Assembly: GCA_020427345.1 (NCBI GenBank)
Contig: JAGQOO010000001.1
Span: forward strand, 8,922-72,921
Length of the DNA stretch: 64,000 nt
From: Phycisphaerales bacterium
GTDB lineage: Bacteria; Planctomycetota; Phycisphaerae; UBA1845; Fen-1342
Direction of reading: 5' to 3'
Shown: piece after piece, positions 43,602 to 52,961 of the stretch
How positions within the stretch are numbered: the stretch's first letter is position 1
Layout: each line of letters begins with the position of its first letter
Notes under the pieces: model-generated
Databases searched by the model: none
The model's input: the letters and a program-made list of their open reading frames with translations, nothing else
Told to the model about the DNA's origin: nothing
Translations under genes and position numbers: made by a program

Positions 43602-43733
43602 CGCTTGCGCGGGGGTGACGGCCACTGCCTGCTTGCGCGGGGTGACGGTCACTGCCTGCTTGCGCGGAGGTGACGGTCACTGCCCGCTTGCGCGGGCGTG
43701 ACGGTCACTGCCCGCCTGCGCGGCCGTGGCACA
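43602..43733. repeat. Tandem array of a 27-28-bp unit (4 full copies plus a partial copy)
   Basis: Units gcttgcgcgggggtgacggccactgcct (43602-43629), 43630-43656, 43657-43684, 43685-43712, and a degenerate copy at 43713-43733. Units are directly abutting with no spacers. Each junction can fold as a CCCGC-ttgc-GCGGG hairpin. Confidence 0.85.
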
Positions 43734-43824
43734 CGCGGCGCCGCCCTGTGTTGCCCTGCGCGACAACGAAGCCGCGTATCACCGTCACGCGGCGCTCACG
43801 AATGCCACCGCGTTTCCAGCCTCG

Positions 43825-46800
43825 CTAGTTCGGTCCAGTCATTCGCCCCAGAATGTCGCTCGCGTCCGGCTGGCTGACGACATCGTCGTCGTTTGTATCC
43901 GCGCACGCGCATTCGCCCGTGGCGGCGCCGCCGAAACAGCGTTGCAACGTCGCGATGTCTCGAACATCGATGTCACCGTCGAAGTCGGTGTCGCCGTCGC
44001 AGCATTCAACCACCGTCAGGATTGCCGGTTCGCTGATGACGCTGCCGGCGATATTGCTGAGTTCGCAATCGTACGTCGCGCTGTCGGTCAATTCTGTCGC
44101 CGGAATCGAGTAAGAACTTCCGACCGCGCCGCCGATCGGCACGCCGTTGCGACGCCATTCATATGCGATTGCCGGATAGCCGAGCGCCGTGACGTGAAAA
44201 CTCGCCTGCTCGCCGGCACAAACCATCGTTGAGCCGGATTGCTCGCTGATAACGGGCGCCAGATGAACCGTCGTCTGCTCCACGACCGAGTTGTTCGCCA
44301 GGTTCGGGTCGATCTCGTTCAAGCCGATCGCGGCGACGACGTCCAGCACGCCGCCGGTGAGGCCGCCGATCGTGGTGTCGATGATGACGCCCGCGGTTTG
44401 GCCGGCGGGGATCGTTCCGAGATACGCGCTGACCTCGTCCAGCGTCGTGGAGCAAACGCCCTGCGATGGCGTGCAACCGGCTGGCGCCATTCCGGCAGGA
44501 ATCGCGACGTTCAGCCGGACGCCGTGCGCGTCGGTCGCGCTGTCGTTATGCACACTCGCGAGATACTGGTTTGTGCCGCCGGCGTTTACGGGATCAGCGG
44601 CATCGTCGAGCGTGACGTACAAATCCGTTTGATCGCAGGTCGAAAGCCGCTCGGTCGGGATAATGAGCGCGCCGGGCGCACTGGGCGAATCCCACGCGAG
44701 TCGGGCGACGGCGCCGCCGCCGTTCTCGTAATACTCCATGACAATCTCGACCGGCGTGTTCGCGGTCAGAGCAATCGAGCCAGTGTGCACAGTCGGCGCT
44801 TGATCGATCCACGAATCGATGACGAGGGTGTCGTCTACCCATACGCGCGCGCCGTCGTCGATCTCGACATAAAACGTGTACGTCTCGCTGAATTGCGGCG
44901 TCACGCAGCCTGTCCAGCGAACGGAAAACGTATCGGAATCGATCGCGGGATCCGGCGACCCGCCGCCCCATGTAAAGTCGACGACCGGATCAAGTCGCGT
45001 CAGCACGAGGTTGGTCAAGTCGATGTTGTTGAAATACTCACCGCGCAGGCCCTGCGCGCCGCCGCCATCGCCGACGATGATGTAATCGGCTTTGCGCGTC
45101 GTTCGCAGACCGGTGGACGCGGTGACGGCGAGGCGCACATCGTACGCGCCCGACGCCGTGTATGTGTGAATCGGATTTTGCTCCGCGCTGGTCTGCCCGT
45201 CGCCGAAGTCCCAGTCCCAGGCGACAATGTCGGGCGCGTTAGATGTGTCGGTGAATTGCACGTTCATCGGCGCCTGCGGGCCGTACGTGACATCCGACGT
45301 GAAATCCGCCGAGCCGACGAAGCGCACGCGCAGAATGCTGGCGCCGCGATCGATGGGCGTGTCGTAGTCGGCGTCTTTGTAGAAGTCGCTGAAGTAAAGG
45401 CCGTCCGGGCCGGCCGCCAGCGCGACGATGGTGGCTTTGCCGGAGCCGCCGTATTCGATCAGCGGCGTCGGGCCGCTGACCAGCGCGCCGTTTTGGTCGA
45501 GCACGAATTCGGAAATGCGCTTACCGTTCGACTGCGGTCCTGTGGCATACGTCGGACCGGATTCGGCGACGAACATGTGGTCCATTTTGTCGGCCGGAAA
45601 GCCGCTGCCGCCCCAGGTTTCGGGCTCGATGAAGACGCACTTCGTCGGCGCGTGCGCGGGAACCCAGTTGTAGATCGCGAAGTTGAACATGCTGGCGTCG
45701 GTGTCATTCCAGCCGAAATTCTGTGCCGGGTTGACCTTCGCCAGCCGATCGACGCTCGGGCCGTTTTCGACTTCGTACAGCGCCTGATCCGCCGCGCGCC
45801 AGATACCGCCAAACGGATTGCGCAGCCCGTATGCGTACACATAATCGCGCGAGTTGATGCCGTTACTGGCGTTGTAGAACGGGTTATCGATTGCGGCTGT
45901 GCCGTCGAGATTCATGCGCAGAATCTTGCCGCGGAACGAGTTGAGGTTCTGAGCGGTCGTGTAGTCGAATCCGTCGCCGAGATGCACATAGAGCTTGCCG
46001 TCCGGGCCAATCGTAACGGTTGAGATCTGGTGCGACTGTCCCTGACTCTCGCCCGGCATGGTCAGAATATTTGTCATGGTTGACGCGAGGTGTCCGCCGT
46101 TGTCGCTTGTGAAGCGCACGACTTTGGGGTAGTGCGGTCCGTTCGGCGGCGCTCCGTCGTATAGCATTGTCGCGAAGACATCGCCTGTGACGGGGTCGAC
46201 CGTGATCCCGGTCAGACCCTGCTCGCCGGAGCCGGGAAAGTTGCCGGTGGGGTTGAAGTTCAGCAGGCCATTCGCGTAGTCATGATGCGTGCCGTCGCGA
46301 TGCACGGTGCGAATGGCGCCATAGAGCTCCGTGACATAGAAGATCGGAGCCGCTGGCGCCGGCGACGGGTTGGGAATGAAAGCGATGTTCACCGGCAGCT
46401 GAAACCCTGTCGCCACGCGTTCGACGACGTAGCCCGGTTGACGCACGAGCCACGGAACCGGGGCGCCGCGGGCGACCGTCTCAAACACCGGCGTCGTGTC
46501 GCCTTCACTCGCTTCAAACGTCGCGCCGCTGGCGGACACCCACAGCAGCGCGTCAGCGCCGGGATTGACCGATCGACTCGGCACGTAGATCGTGTGCTCG
46601 ATCCCGTCGTCATCAAAGAACGAGAAATCGCTTTCGGGCAGGGCCAATGCGGCCACGCCCCCGGCGGACATCCGCACGCGCACCGCCTCGTGATCGGCCA
46701 GCGCCGGCGGGTTGATGATGGTATTCGTAACGCCGTCATTGCCTTGCAGTTCGATCATCAATTCCCCGTTCGCCGACTCGAGGCGAATCGACGGGTCGGG

Positions 46801-47325
46801 GCTGCCGGGCGGGAGGATGACCGGATCGCCATCCGTCGCGTTCCATGTCGGCGCGACGGCGTCGATGTCGTTCACAAGCAGTGGCAGCAGTTCGAGCTGT
46901 GAAGTCGTTGTAAACAGGCGCTCGCCGTACCCGCTCCACTCTGTCGCTGGGTCGCCGCTGTCGTCGCGGTGCCGTACGCGCAGTCGATAGTCCACGTCGG
47001 GGCGCAGTTCGGTCTCGCCGGCGTGCGAATTCATGAACACGCCGTCGCCGAGATGCGTATGCACACGCTCCACGCCAGTAATGCATGGCGTGATCCATAC
47101 CAACTCCGAGGGCGAGACTGTCCAGATCTCCCAGTCGGAACACAAGTGCTGATCGCCGGGATCGGCGTCGGAAAACGCCGCGCATTCCATGTGCACATCC
47201 GCCGGATTGACCAGTTGGCCGTCGACTCCGGGTTCATTAACGGACGGAGCATCAGGCGGCGTATTGGCTAGCGCGATCCCCCCGCAGGCGAGACCGGTTA
47301 TGGCGAGACCGATAATGCGGCGCAT
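43825..47325 (-). CDS. Secreted 1,166-aa mosaic protein: GSDH-like beta-propeller, PKD, PA14, DUF11-like, Ig-like and dockerin-like domains
   Basis: Signal peptide [20 protein letters not shown]. Propeller signatures [42 protein letters not shown] and [30 protein letters not shown]14 GLRGEYFNN...FSVRWTG...[18 protein letters not shown]-terminal [12 protein letters not shown]...DTNDDDVV. Confidence 0.8.
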   Translation of the reverse strand: MRRIIGLAITGLACGGIALANTPPDAPSVNEPGVDGQLVNPADVHMECAAFSDADPGDQHLCSDWEIWTVSPSELVWITPCITGVERVHTHLGDGVFMNSHAGETELRPDVDYRLRVRHRDDSGDPATEWSGYGERLFTTTSQLELLPLLVNDIDAVAPTWNATDGDPVILPPGSPDPSIRLESANGELMIELQGNDGVTNTIINPPALADHEAVRVRMSAGGVAALALPESDFSFFDDDGIEHTIYVPSRSVNPGADALLWVSASGATFEASEGDTTPVFETVARGAPVPWLVRQPGYVVERVATGFQLPVNIAFIPNPSPAPAAPIFYVTELYGAIRTVHRDGTHHDYANGLLNFNPTGNFPGSGEQGLTGITVDPVTGDVFATMLYDGAPPNGPHYPKVVRFTSDNGGHLASTMTNILTMPGESQGQSHQISTVTIGPDGKLYVHLGDGFDYTTAQNLNSFRGKILRMNLDGTAAIDNPFYNASNGINSRDYVYAYGLRNPFGGIWRAADQALYEVENGPSVDRLAKVNPAQNFGWNDTDASMFNFAIYNWVPAHAPTKCVFIEPETWGGSGFPADKMDHMFVAESGPTYATGPQSNGKRISEFVLDQNGALVSGPTPLIEYGGSGKATIVALAAGPDGLYFSDFYKDADYDTPIDRGASILRVRFVGSADFTSDVTYGPQAPMNVQFTDTSNAPDIVAWDWDFGDGQTSAEQNPIHTYTASGAYDVRLAVTASTGLRTTRKADYIIVGDGGGAQGLRGEYFNNIDLTNLVLTRLDPVVDFTWGGGSPDPAIDSDTFSVRWTGCVTPQFSETYTFYVEIDDGARVWVDDTLVIDSWIDQAPTVHTGSIALTANTPVEIVMEYYENGGGAVARLAWDSPSAPGALIIPTERLSTCDQTDLYVTLDDAADPVNAGGTNQYLASVHNDSATDAHGVRLNVAIPAGMAPAGCTPSQGVCSTTLDEVSAYLGTIPAGQTAGVIIDTTIGGLTGGVLDVVAAIGLNEIDPNLANNSVVEQTTVHLAPVISEQSGSTMVCAGEQASFHVTALGYPAIAYEWRRNGVPIGGAVGSSYSIPATELTDSATYDCELSNIAGSVISEPAILTVVECCDGDTDFDGDIDVRDIATLQRCFGGAATGECACADTNDDDVVSQPDASDILGRMTGPN

Positions 47326-47446
47326 GGCTATTCCCCGACTTGGTCAGACAAATCGACCGGCGCTATCTTACCGAGACGGGGGGGAGAAAACGCCGCCATC
47401 TGCGCCGATGCGCAGACTACGCGATTCTTTCCCTCCCTCCCCGCCT

Positions 47447-47515
47447 ACCGTCATCCCCAGCGAAAAGCGCGGATCCAGTCCGCCGCGCGCGGATTCCGCG
47501 AGCGTGGGAATGACG
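47447..47515. repeat. Two degenerate, mutually inverted copies of the REP-like element
   Basis: 47447-47473 reverse-complements to atccgcgcttttcgctGGGGATGACGG. 47491-47515 reads attccgcgagcgtGGGAATGACGc. Both lie in the intergenic region upstream of the 1,166-aa gene. Confidence 0.5.
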
Positions 47516-47589
47516 CTAATTTGGAGGGCGCGGGTCGATGAAGACAACGTCAACGTTCTCGGCAGTGTGAAACTCAGCATCTTGGAGGC

Positions 47590-47928
47590 ATGGCAGTGGC
47601 GAAACGAGCGGCTGATCCGAGCGAGGTGTTGCGCGAAGCCGCGCGGGCGTACGCGGATGTTGACGAGGGTATGTCGTGCTCGCAGACATCGTTCAAGGTG
47701 CGCGGCAAGGCGTTCTTGTTCGTAGGTGAACAAGGCGGGCGCTTCAAGGCGATGTTCAAGCTCGACGACTCGCTCGACCAGGCCGAGAGCCTCGCCGCCG
47801 ATGCGCCGAAGGATGTGCAAGTCGGCAAGAACGGTTGGGTGACAGCGCGGTTCACAACCGAACAACCGATGGCTGCGCGGGTTTGGAAGAAGTGGCTGAA
47901 AGAGAGCTACGCGCTGGCGGCTGGATGA
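47590..47928 (+). CDS. Small YjbR/MmcQ-like protein
   Basis: 112 aa. The pattern ...FKVRGKAFLFVG...NGWVTARF...WLKESYAL resembles the YjbR family. Assignment is from memory only. Confidence 0.4.
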   Translation: MAVAKRAADPSEVLREAARAYADVDEGMSCSQTSFKVRGKAFLFVGEQGGRFKAMFKLDDSLDQAESLAADAPKDVQVGKNGWVTARFTTEQPMAARVWKKWLKESYALAAG

Positions 47929-47942
47929 GGCGCCGGCGCCTC
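47927..47942. terminator. Perfect 16-nt palindrome between convergent genes (possible bidirectional terminator)
   Basis: gaggcgccggcgcctc, overlapping the stop of 47590..47928 and lying 5 nt from the stop of 47947..48396. No U-tract. Confidence 0.3.
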
Positions 47943-47946
47943 GGGT

Positions 47947-48396
47947 CTATCTCGGCTTCGTCCGGGCCTTCGTTTTCTTCGTAATGTTCAATTCAGCCGC
48001 GGCGCGGATGAGGGCTTTCAGCGCCTTTTCGCTAATCTTGTCGCCTTCGCGCATGTCGATTGCGCGACGCGTGTTCCCATCGAGGCCGGCGTTGAACAGG
48101 CCCGCCGGGTCGGGTAGCGCGGCGCCGCGCGCGAAGGTCAGCTTCACCTTGTCTTTGTACGTTTCGCCGGTGCAGATGATGCCGGCGTATGACCAGACCG
48201 GAACGCCGGCCGGATTCGACGGCTTCCGCCACTTCGTTTCTTCGACGATGTCGGGGACAGCTTGTTTAATGAGGGCGCGAACGCGGGCGAGCATGTTAGC
48301 GCGCCAGTCGCGATGCGCGCGAGTGGTCGAGTTCGCATCGAACGGGGCGGGCGGGATTCCGGGTTTGTTTCCGGCCCGCTTCATCGCCGTTTCCAA
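47947..48396 (-). CDS. DUF1801 (YdhG-like) domain protein
   Basis: VPDIVEETKWRKPSNPAGVPVWSYAGIICTGETYKDKVKLTFARGAAL is the typical DUF1801 core. Confidence 0.65.
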   Translation of the reverse strand: METAMKRAGNKPGIPPAPFDANSTTRAHRDWRANMLARVRALIKQAVPDIVEETKWRKPSNPAGVPVWSYAGIICTGETYKDKVKLTFARGAALPDPAGLFNAGLDGNTRRAIDMREGDKISEKALKALIRAAAELNITKKTKARTKPR

Positions 48397-48944
48397 TCGA
48401 ATCCGTCAAGCCTGAGACGCGTGTCCGGGCGGCCATTCCAATCAACGACCAAGCCGCCCGCCTCAAGGACATCGGCGATCGATCGGCCGATCGCGACGCC
48501 CTTCGCCTTGTCATCATCAAGTACGCCGAACGCCAACATCAACCCGTCGCCGGCGAGCGTCCGGGCGACATCCTGCCCGTGGTAGAAGCAATAGCCGGCG
48601 ACGACATTGCGCCCGCGCTCGTGTGCGACCTCCCGAACATCTCCGATCCCATCCGAAATCGTGTTGCCTGCGTTATGGAGCGAAATGATGCCGCGCGAAT
48701 TCAGGGCTTCGAATGACCGATCCAGACGGTCACAATCCGTGGTCTCGGGCCACGACCTCTTTGCAACGGCCCGTTTTTGAAATTCGGCCGCCGCGAACGC
48801 ACGCAGCAGCGCCGGATCGGCGTCCCTCTTACCTTCCGCTTCGAGCGCGTCCGCTATCAGCACGTCAACTTTGTCCACCGAATGGAAGCCTGACCAGACC
48901 CAGACTCTGATCTCGGCTTGGATGTAGTGGGTGATTGCATTCAT
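48381..48944 (-). CDS. Hypothetical protein
   Basis: 187-aa ORF co-directional with and overlapping the next gene by 16 nt. No motif recognised with confidence. Confidence 0.5.
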   Translation of the reverse strand: MNAITHYIQAEIRVWVWSGFHSVDKVDVLIADALEAEGKRDADPALLRAFAAAEFQKRAVAKRSWPETTDCDRLDRSFEALNSRGIISLHNAGNTISDGIGDVREVAHERGRNVVAGYCFYHGQDVARTLAGDGLMLAFGVLDDDKAKGVAIGRSIADVLEAGGLVVDWNGRPDTRLRLDGFDWKRR

Positions 48945-48997
48945 TCCCGCTCCATTGTGAGCAAATTCGAAGGAACCGGCCTGCTCCTGCGCCGCCC

Positions 48998-49489
48998 CTA
49001 CGCCTTCCAGCCCGGCAGCCGGCTCGCCTGCTTCACCCAGTCGGCGAACCGCGCTTCGTCCAGTTCGCCTTCGTAGACATCAAGATGGCGCGCTTCCGCG
49101 GTTTTCGACGCGCCCGGCGGCGGCGGGCGCAACGCCGCGCCGTTGAAGAACGTTACCTTGATGTATCTCGTGTAACAATGGAAGCCCACGAACCAGCCCC
49201 GCCCCTCGACGCCATAAAACGGCGAATTCCACTTCACCGCCTTGCGCACGTCCGGGACCGCGGTAGTAATCAACGCGTCCAGCCGGCGGGCGATGTCGCC
49301 CTTCCAATCCGGTATCGCCGCGATGTACGCCTGCACCGGCGCGTCGCCGTCAGCTTTGGCGATCTGCGGATTACCGCCGGCGAGGAGTTTGGGCTTGGCG
49401 GCCCTGCGAGCGGCGGGCTTGGTTGCCGACTTGGCGGCCTTGGCCCGCTTCGCGACCTTCTTGGACTTTGGCGCCGACCTCTTGGCCAT
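48998..49489 (-). CDS. DUF1801 domain protein with Lys/Ala-rich N-terminus
   Basis: Start at the ATG at 49489 (MAKRSAPKSKK...). Core VPDVRKAVKWNSPFYGVEGRGWFVGFHCYTRYIKVTFFNGAAL. Confidence 0.65.
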   Translation of the reverse strand: MAKRSAPKSKKVAKRAKAAKSATKPAARRAAKPKLLAGGNPQIAKADGDAPVQAYIAAIPDWKGDIARRLDALITTAVPDVRKAVKWNSPFYGVEGRGWFVGFHCYTRYIKVTFFNGAALRPPPPGASKTAEARHLDVYEGELDEARFADWVKQASRLPGWKA

Positions 49490-49653
49490 GCTGGTCACTC
49501 CTGAATGTCCCCAAGTGGATCTCATTTGAGCATACTGCGGGAGCTGGGCGAATTCACGGCGATACGTGCGAAGGCACGGTCCCGCTCGCGCTGGTCCCGA
49601 AAAACCAACTCGGCAGTATTGACAACAATATTTGTCAAAGCTAATCTGCGGGG

Positions 49654-50250
49654 ATGATGGACCTGAGCGTCATCGACGATCCCGCTTCCGCCAGCGTCGC
49701 GCTGGACCCTGTGCGTAGCCGCCTTTTGTCCGAGCTCCGCACGCCGGCATCCGCGGCTACGCTCGCCGGTCGCGTCGGGTTGCCGCGGCAGAAGGTGAAT
49801 TACCACCTGCGCACGCTCGAAGCCCACGGGCTCATCCGTGTGGACAGCCAGAAGCGCTGGGGCGGCCTGACCGAGCGGCGAATGGTGGCGACGGCGTCGT
49901 CTTACGTCGTGTCGCCGGAAGCGCTCGGCCCGGTGGCGGCAGACCCGGCGCGCGACATGGACCGTCTGTCCGCCAGCTATCTCGTGGCCCTCGCGGCCCG
50001 CGTCGTTCGCGAAGTCGGGCGGCTGATGCGTAAGTCTGAAGAAGTCAACAAGCGCCTCGCGACGCTTTCCATCGATACCGAAGTGAGATTCCGGTCCGCC
50101 GAGGATCGCGCCGCATTCAGCGGCGAACTGACCGCCGCGGTCGCCGCGCTGGTCTCCCGCTATCACGACGAATCCGCGCCGGGCGGACGTCGCCATCGCC
50201 TGATGGTTGGGGCGTATCCAGCGCCCGGCGTCGCTGGAGGCGGGTCGTGA
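49654..50250 (+). CDS. ArsR/SmtB-type winged-HTH transcriptional regulator
   Basis: DPVRSRLLSELRTPASAATLAGRVGLPRQKVNYHLRTLEAHGLI. Confidence 0.75.
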   Translation: MMDLSVIDDPASASVALDPVRSRLLSELRTPASAATLAGRVGLPRQKVNYHLRTLEAHGLIRVDSQKRWGGLTERRMVATASSYVVSPEALGPVAADPARDMDRLSASYLVALAARVVREVGRLMRKSEEVNKRLATLSIDTEVRFRSAEDRAAFSGELTAAVAALVSRYHDESAPGGRRHRLMVGAYPAPGVAGGGS

Positions 50251-50426
50251 TCCTTGGCGCTCGTTGATCGTCCCCCTGACGCTTGGAGGATACGATTGCT
50301 CGTACCATGCAATGCCGAGGGTGCTCGCTGTAGAAGATGTTGAGCCATTGGGAAGGTGAGAATTGGGTTTGCGTAACGGTAAGTAAATCTCTGTTGATTC
50401 AATTTCGATCGACCGCAAAGACTATC

Positions 50427-51251
50427 ATGTCAAGACCATCGCGTCGCCAGCATTACATCGCGCGCTTTTACCTGCGGAACTTCTCAGAGCCGCCTCTCTC
50501 AGATAGCCTTTGCGTGTACGATCTACGGAAAAGAAGATGGGAAAGGCGGACGCCTCTCGGCGTCGGCTGGTTTCCGCATCTATGCTCAGAAACGCAGATG
50601 GATGGGACGCGATCAGACGCATTCGATCAGTTTCTAAAGCTCAAGGTCGAGGATCCAGCAGCGCCGGCTTTGAGGAAGCTGGCGAGTGGTGCCTGCCTGG
50701 ACGCGAGCGAGCGAGCCGCCATATCGATGTTTATCGCACTCACGGCCGCGCGATCGCCGCGGCAGATTGCCGCTGTAGTTGACCGCCATTTGGCCAAACT
50801 CACGAATGCTGATCGTGTAGAACTAGACGCGTCGGTTCGCCTTTGGTGCGAGTGCACCGGAACGCGATTGGATTCTAAGGCCTATGGCGAGTTCCTAAAG
50901 CCGAGCAGTTTTGGGGCGATTTGGGCTTGGTCAATAAACCTTCATATGCGCTTGCTTCAATGGGAGTGGCGTCTCGTTCATACGACGCGAGAGAGTCCAT
51001 TCATTACCAGCGATAGGCCGGTGCTTGCGCAGTGGGATAAGAGGCAGGACGTGCGTTTGGTGACCTTCCCCATCTCATCTGAAGTCGCCCTAGTGATATT
51101 CAGCGGTGGCCAATTCAATGAGGGCCGATGTCGCTCCATCGAAACGCGGTCGATGAACTGCGGGACTATGGAGCGAGCGACTGACTTCGTGGTCTCGTGC
51201 AATCAGACCTTCCCCGGGGCCGATCTCTTGGCGAGCCAGAGAGTGTCGTGA
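50427..51251 (+). CDS. DUF4238-family protein (low-GC islet)
   Basis: Start at the ATG at 50427. N-terminal RRQHYIARFYLRNF matches the DUF4238 signature (HYxPxFYLxxF). Confidence 0.6.
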   Translation: MSRPSRRQHYIARFYLRNFSEPPLSDSLCVYDLRKRRWERRTPLGVGWFPHLCSETQMDGTRSDAFDQFLKLKVEDPAAPALRKLASGACLDASERAAISMFIALTAARSPRQIAAVVDRHLAKLTNADRVELDASVRLWCECTGTRLDSKAYGEFLKPSSFGAIWAWSINLHMRLLQWEWRLVHTTRESPFITSDRPVLAQWDKRQDVRLVTFPISSEVALVIFSGGQFNEGRCRSIETRSMNCGTMERATDFVVSCNQTFPGADLLASQRVS

Positions 51252-51298
51252 CGGCGGCCGGCACGACTAACGGGAGTGTTGGACTACGGCATTGACAG

Positions 51299-51898
51299 AT
51301 GAGGGACGTAATGGCTTACCTAGCAAATCAAGACGGCGTGCCCGACGGAACGACATATGAACAAATCAACGCACGGTGCCGTGCAATCTCTTGGCCCGAC
51401 AAGACCGAGATAATGGACGGACTCAATACGAAGCCCGGTTCCTCAGGGATAGATGATCCTTCGCAACTCAGTCTGTGCAAGCGGTTCTGGAATGAATACG
51501 TCTATCCGGAGTACGAAAAGAAGTACTTTGAGCTGTTCCCTGCAGACCGTGCAAGAAAGGGTACTCCGGACCCCACGGACTGCCTCTTGGATTACAACCG
51601 GAAAATGACCCTTGCACTATGCGAGTGGTTGAAACAATACGGTCACTTTCATTTTTTTAAAGGACGCGTCGTATTCATTAAGTATAGCCCCTTCGGCCTT
51701 TCATGGGGTCACATGTTAGTTTCAGGTCCTCCTGTAAGTGTCTACTCACACGACCAGATCACTCATTTGCTCGATGAACTGCTGCAATGTTGTGTGGAGC
51801 GCCGCCCCAAGGAAGTGAGCTCAAGTAGATGTGCGATGGGACTGGCGTTTGCCGCCGGACTGCTCGCAATGATGCTATTCAATTGGATCGCGGCGTAA
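51299..51898 (+). CDS. Hypothetical protein with C-terminal TM helix (low-GC islet)
   Basis: 199-aa ORF. The local line 51601-51660 is 37% GC. C-terminal MGLAFAAGLLAMMLFNWIAA. No known motif. Confidence 0.5.
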   Translation: MRDVMAYLANQDGVPDGTTYEQINARCRAISWPDKTEIMDGLNTKPGSSGIDDPSQLSLCKRFWNEYVYPEYEKKYFELFPADRARKGTPDPTDCLLDYNRKMTLALCEWLKQYGHFHFFKGRVVFIKYSPFGLSWGHMLVSGPPVSVYSHDQITHLLDELLQCCVERRPKEVSSSRCAMGLAFAAGLLAMMLFNWIAA

Positions 51899-51984
51899 TG
51901 ACGCGACCTGGAGCATGGCCTTGAGGTCGGCCGTCGGCCCGTGTTATTGGCTCCGTCCAGGCCAGTTAAGAGAAAGGAAACGAC

Positions 51985-52806
51985 ATGAGCGTACAGAAAG
52001 ACCCATCCGGGCGCCGATCGATTCAGGTCGAAGTCGAGGTTCCGGGGACGCCGGAGGAAGTTTGGCGCGCGATCGCCACCGGACCGGGCATCTCGGCGTG
52101 GTTCGTGCCGACGCGGAGCGAGGAGCGTGAAGGCGGCGAAATCGTCTCCAACTTCGGGCCGGGCATGGACTGCCCCGCGAAGATCACCGCGTGGGAAGCC
52201 CCCCACCGCTTTGTCGCCGAAGGCCTGATGGGCGGCCCGGGCTCGCCGAGCGTGGCGACCGAGTGGAGCGTCGAAGCCCGCGCCGGCGGCAAGTGTGTGG
52301 TGCGCGTTGTGCACAGCCTCTTCGCCAGTACCGATGACTGGGACAATCAGCTCGACGGACTCGAGCAGGGCTGGCCGGCGTACTTCCGCGTGCTGCGTCG
52401 TTACCTCGAAAACTTCAAGAACAAGCCGTGCGCGGCGATGCAGTTTGTCGGCTTCTCGGCCGAGGCCGAATCAGACGCCTGGGCGAAAGCCGGCGGCGAA
52501 CTCGGCCTGGTCAAGGTCGCCGAGGGGCAGAAGTGGAGCGCGCCCGCCGGTGTGCCGCGCATGGCCGGCGCTATCGACATGCTCGGAAAAGGGAAACACG
52601 CAAACAGCCTGCTGTTGTCGCTCGACACGCCCGTGCCCGGAACTGCGTACATCGGCGCGTTTTCATGCGGCGGCATGGTGATGGTGTGTTTGAGCGTCTA
52701 TCTGTACGGCGACGATGCGAAGAGCGTCGTGAAGCGCGATGAGCCGATGTGGCAGAAATGGGTGGACGATCGGTTCCCGATGCCGCAGATGGGAGCGGCG
52801 GAGTAA
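51985..52806 (+). CDS. SRPBCC/AHSA1-like domain protein
   Basis: RSIQVEVEVPGTPEEVWRAIATGPGISAWFVPT is a typical SRPBCC N-terminus. aaaggaaa RBS. This family is usually partnered with ArsR-type regulators. Confidence 0.65.
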   Translation: MSVQKDPSGRRSIQVEVEVPGTPEEVWRAIATGPGISAWFVPTRSEEREGGEIVSNFGPGMDCPAKITAWEAPHRFVAEGLMGGPGSPSVATEWSVEARAGGKCVVRVVHSLFASTDDWDNQLDGLEQGWPAYFRVLRRYLENFKNKPCAAMQFVGFSAEAESDAWAKAGGELGLVKVAEGQKWSAPAGVPRMAGAIDMLGKGKHANSLLLSLDTPVPGTAYIGAFSCGGMVMVCLSVYLYGDDAKSVVKRDEPMWQKWVDDRFPMPQMGAAE

Positions 52807-52961
52807 ACATCTGGGATTTCGAGTAGGGTATTCGGCCTCGGCTCGCCGCACATCTCAGCGGGGCGCCGACGTCGCAGGAACGGTGATTGCCGTTTTGCGG
52901 GCGGGGCGGGCGTCGTCGTCGAGGCGGGTACGCCGTGCGTGAGGACGGCCATAAAAGCGAG

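Noticed and set aside
43602-43733. Possible CRISPR array, since the ~28-bp repeats have hairpin potential and a CCCCGC...GCGGGG core reminiscent of type I-E repeats
   Set aside because: The units abut one another directly with no spacers. Only 4.5 copies are present, there are no cas genes in the window, and dispersed single copies occur elsewhere. The array behaves like a REP/minisatellite element.
44239-46023. 594-aa plus-strand ORF, and 56744..58447 (567 aa, plus strand)
   Set aside because: They are antisense to the domain-rich 1,166-aa protein and to the metzincin protease respectively. Both have low-complexity Arg/Asp-rich translations.
47368-47865. 165-aa minus-strand ORF overlapping 47590..47928
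   Set aside because: It runs across the REP-like copies at 47447-47515 and has no motif. The plus-strand 112-aa product has a plausible small-domain pattern. Confidence in either is limited.
49522-50418. 298-aa minus-strand ORF
   Set aside because: It is antisense to the ArsR-type regulator, whose winged-HTH motif is clear. No motif is present in the minus-strand product.
50251-51984. Direct repeats or att-like sites at the borders of the low-GC insert (tgacgc..tggag on both sides)
   Set aside because: The match is short and gapped, and no integrase, transposase or tRNA is adjacent. That is too weak to call insertion boundaries.
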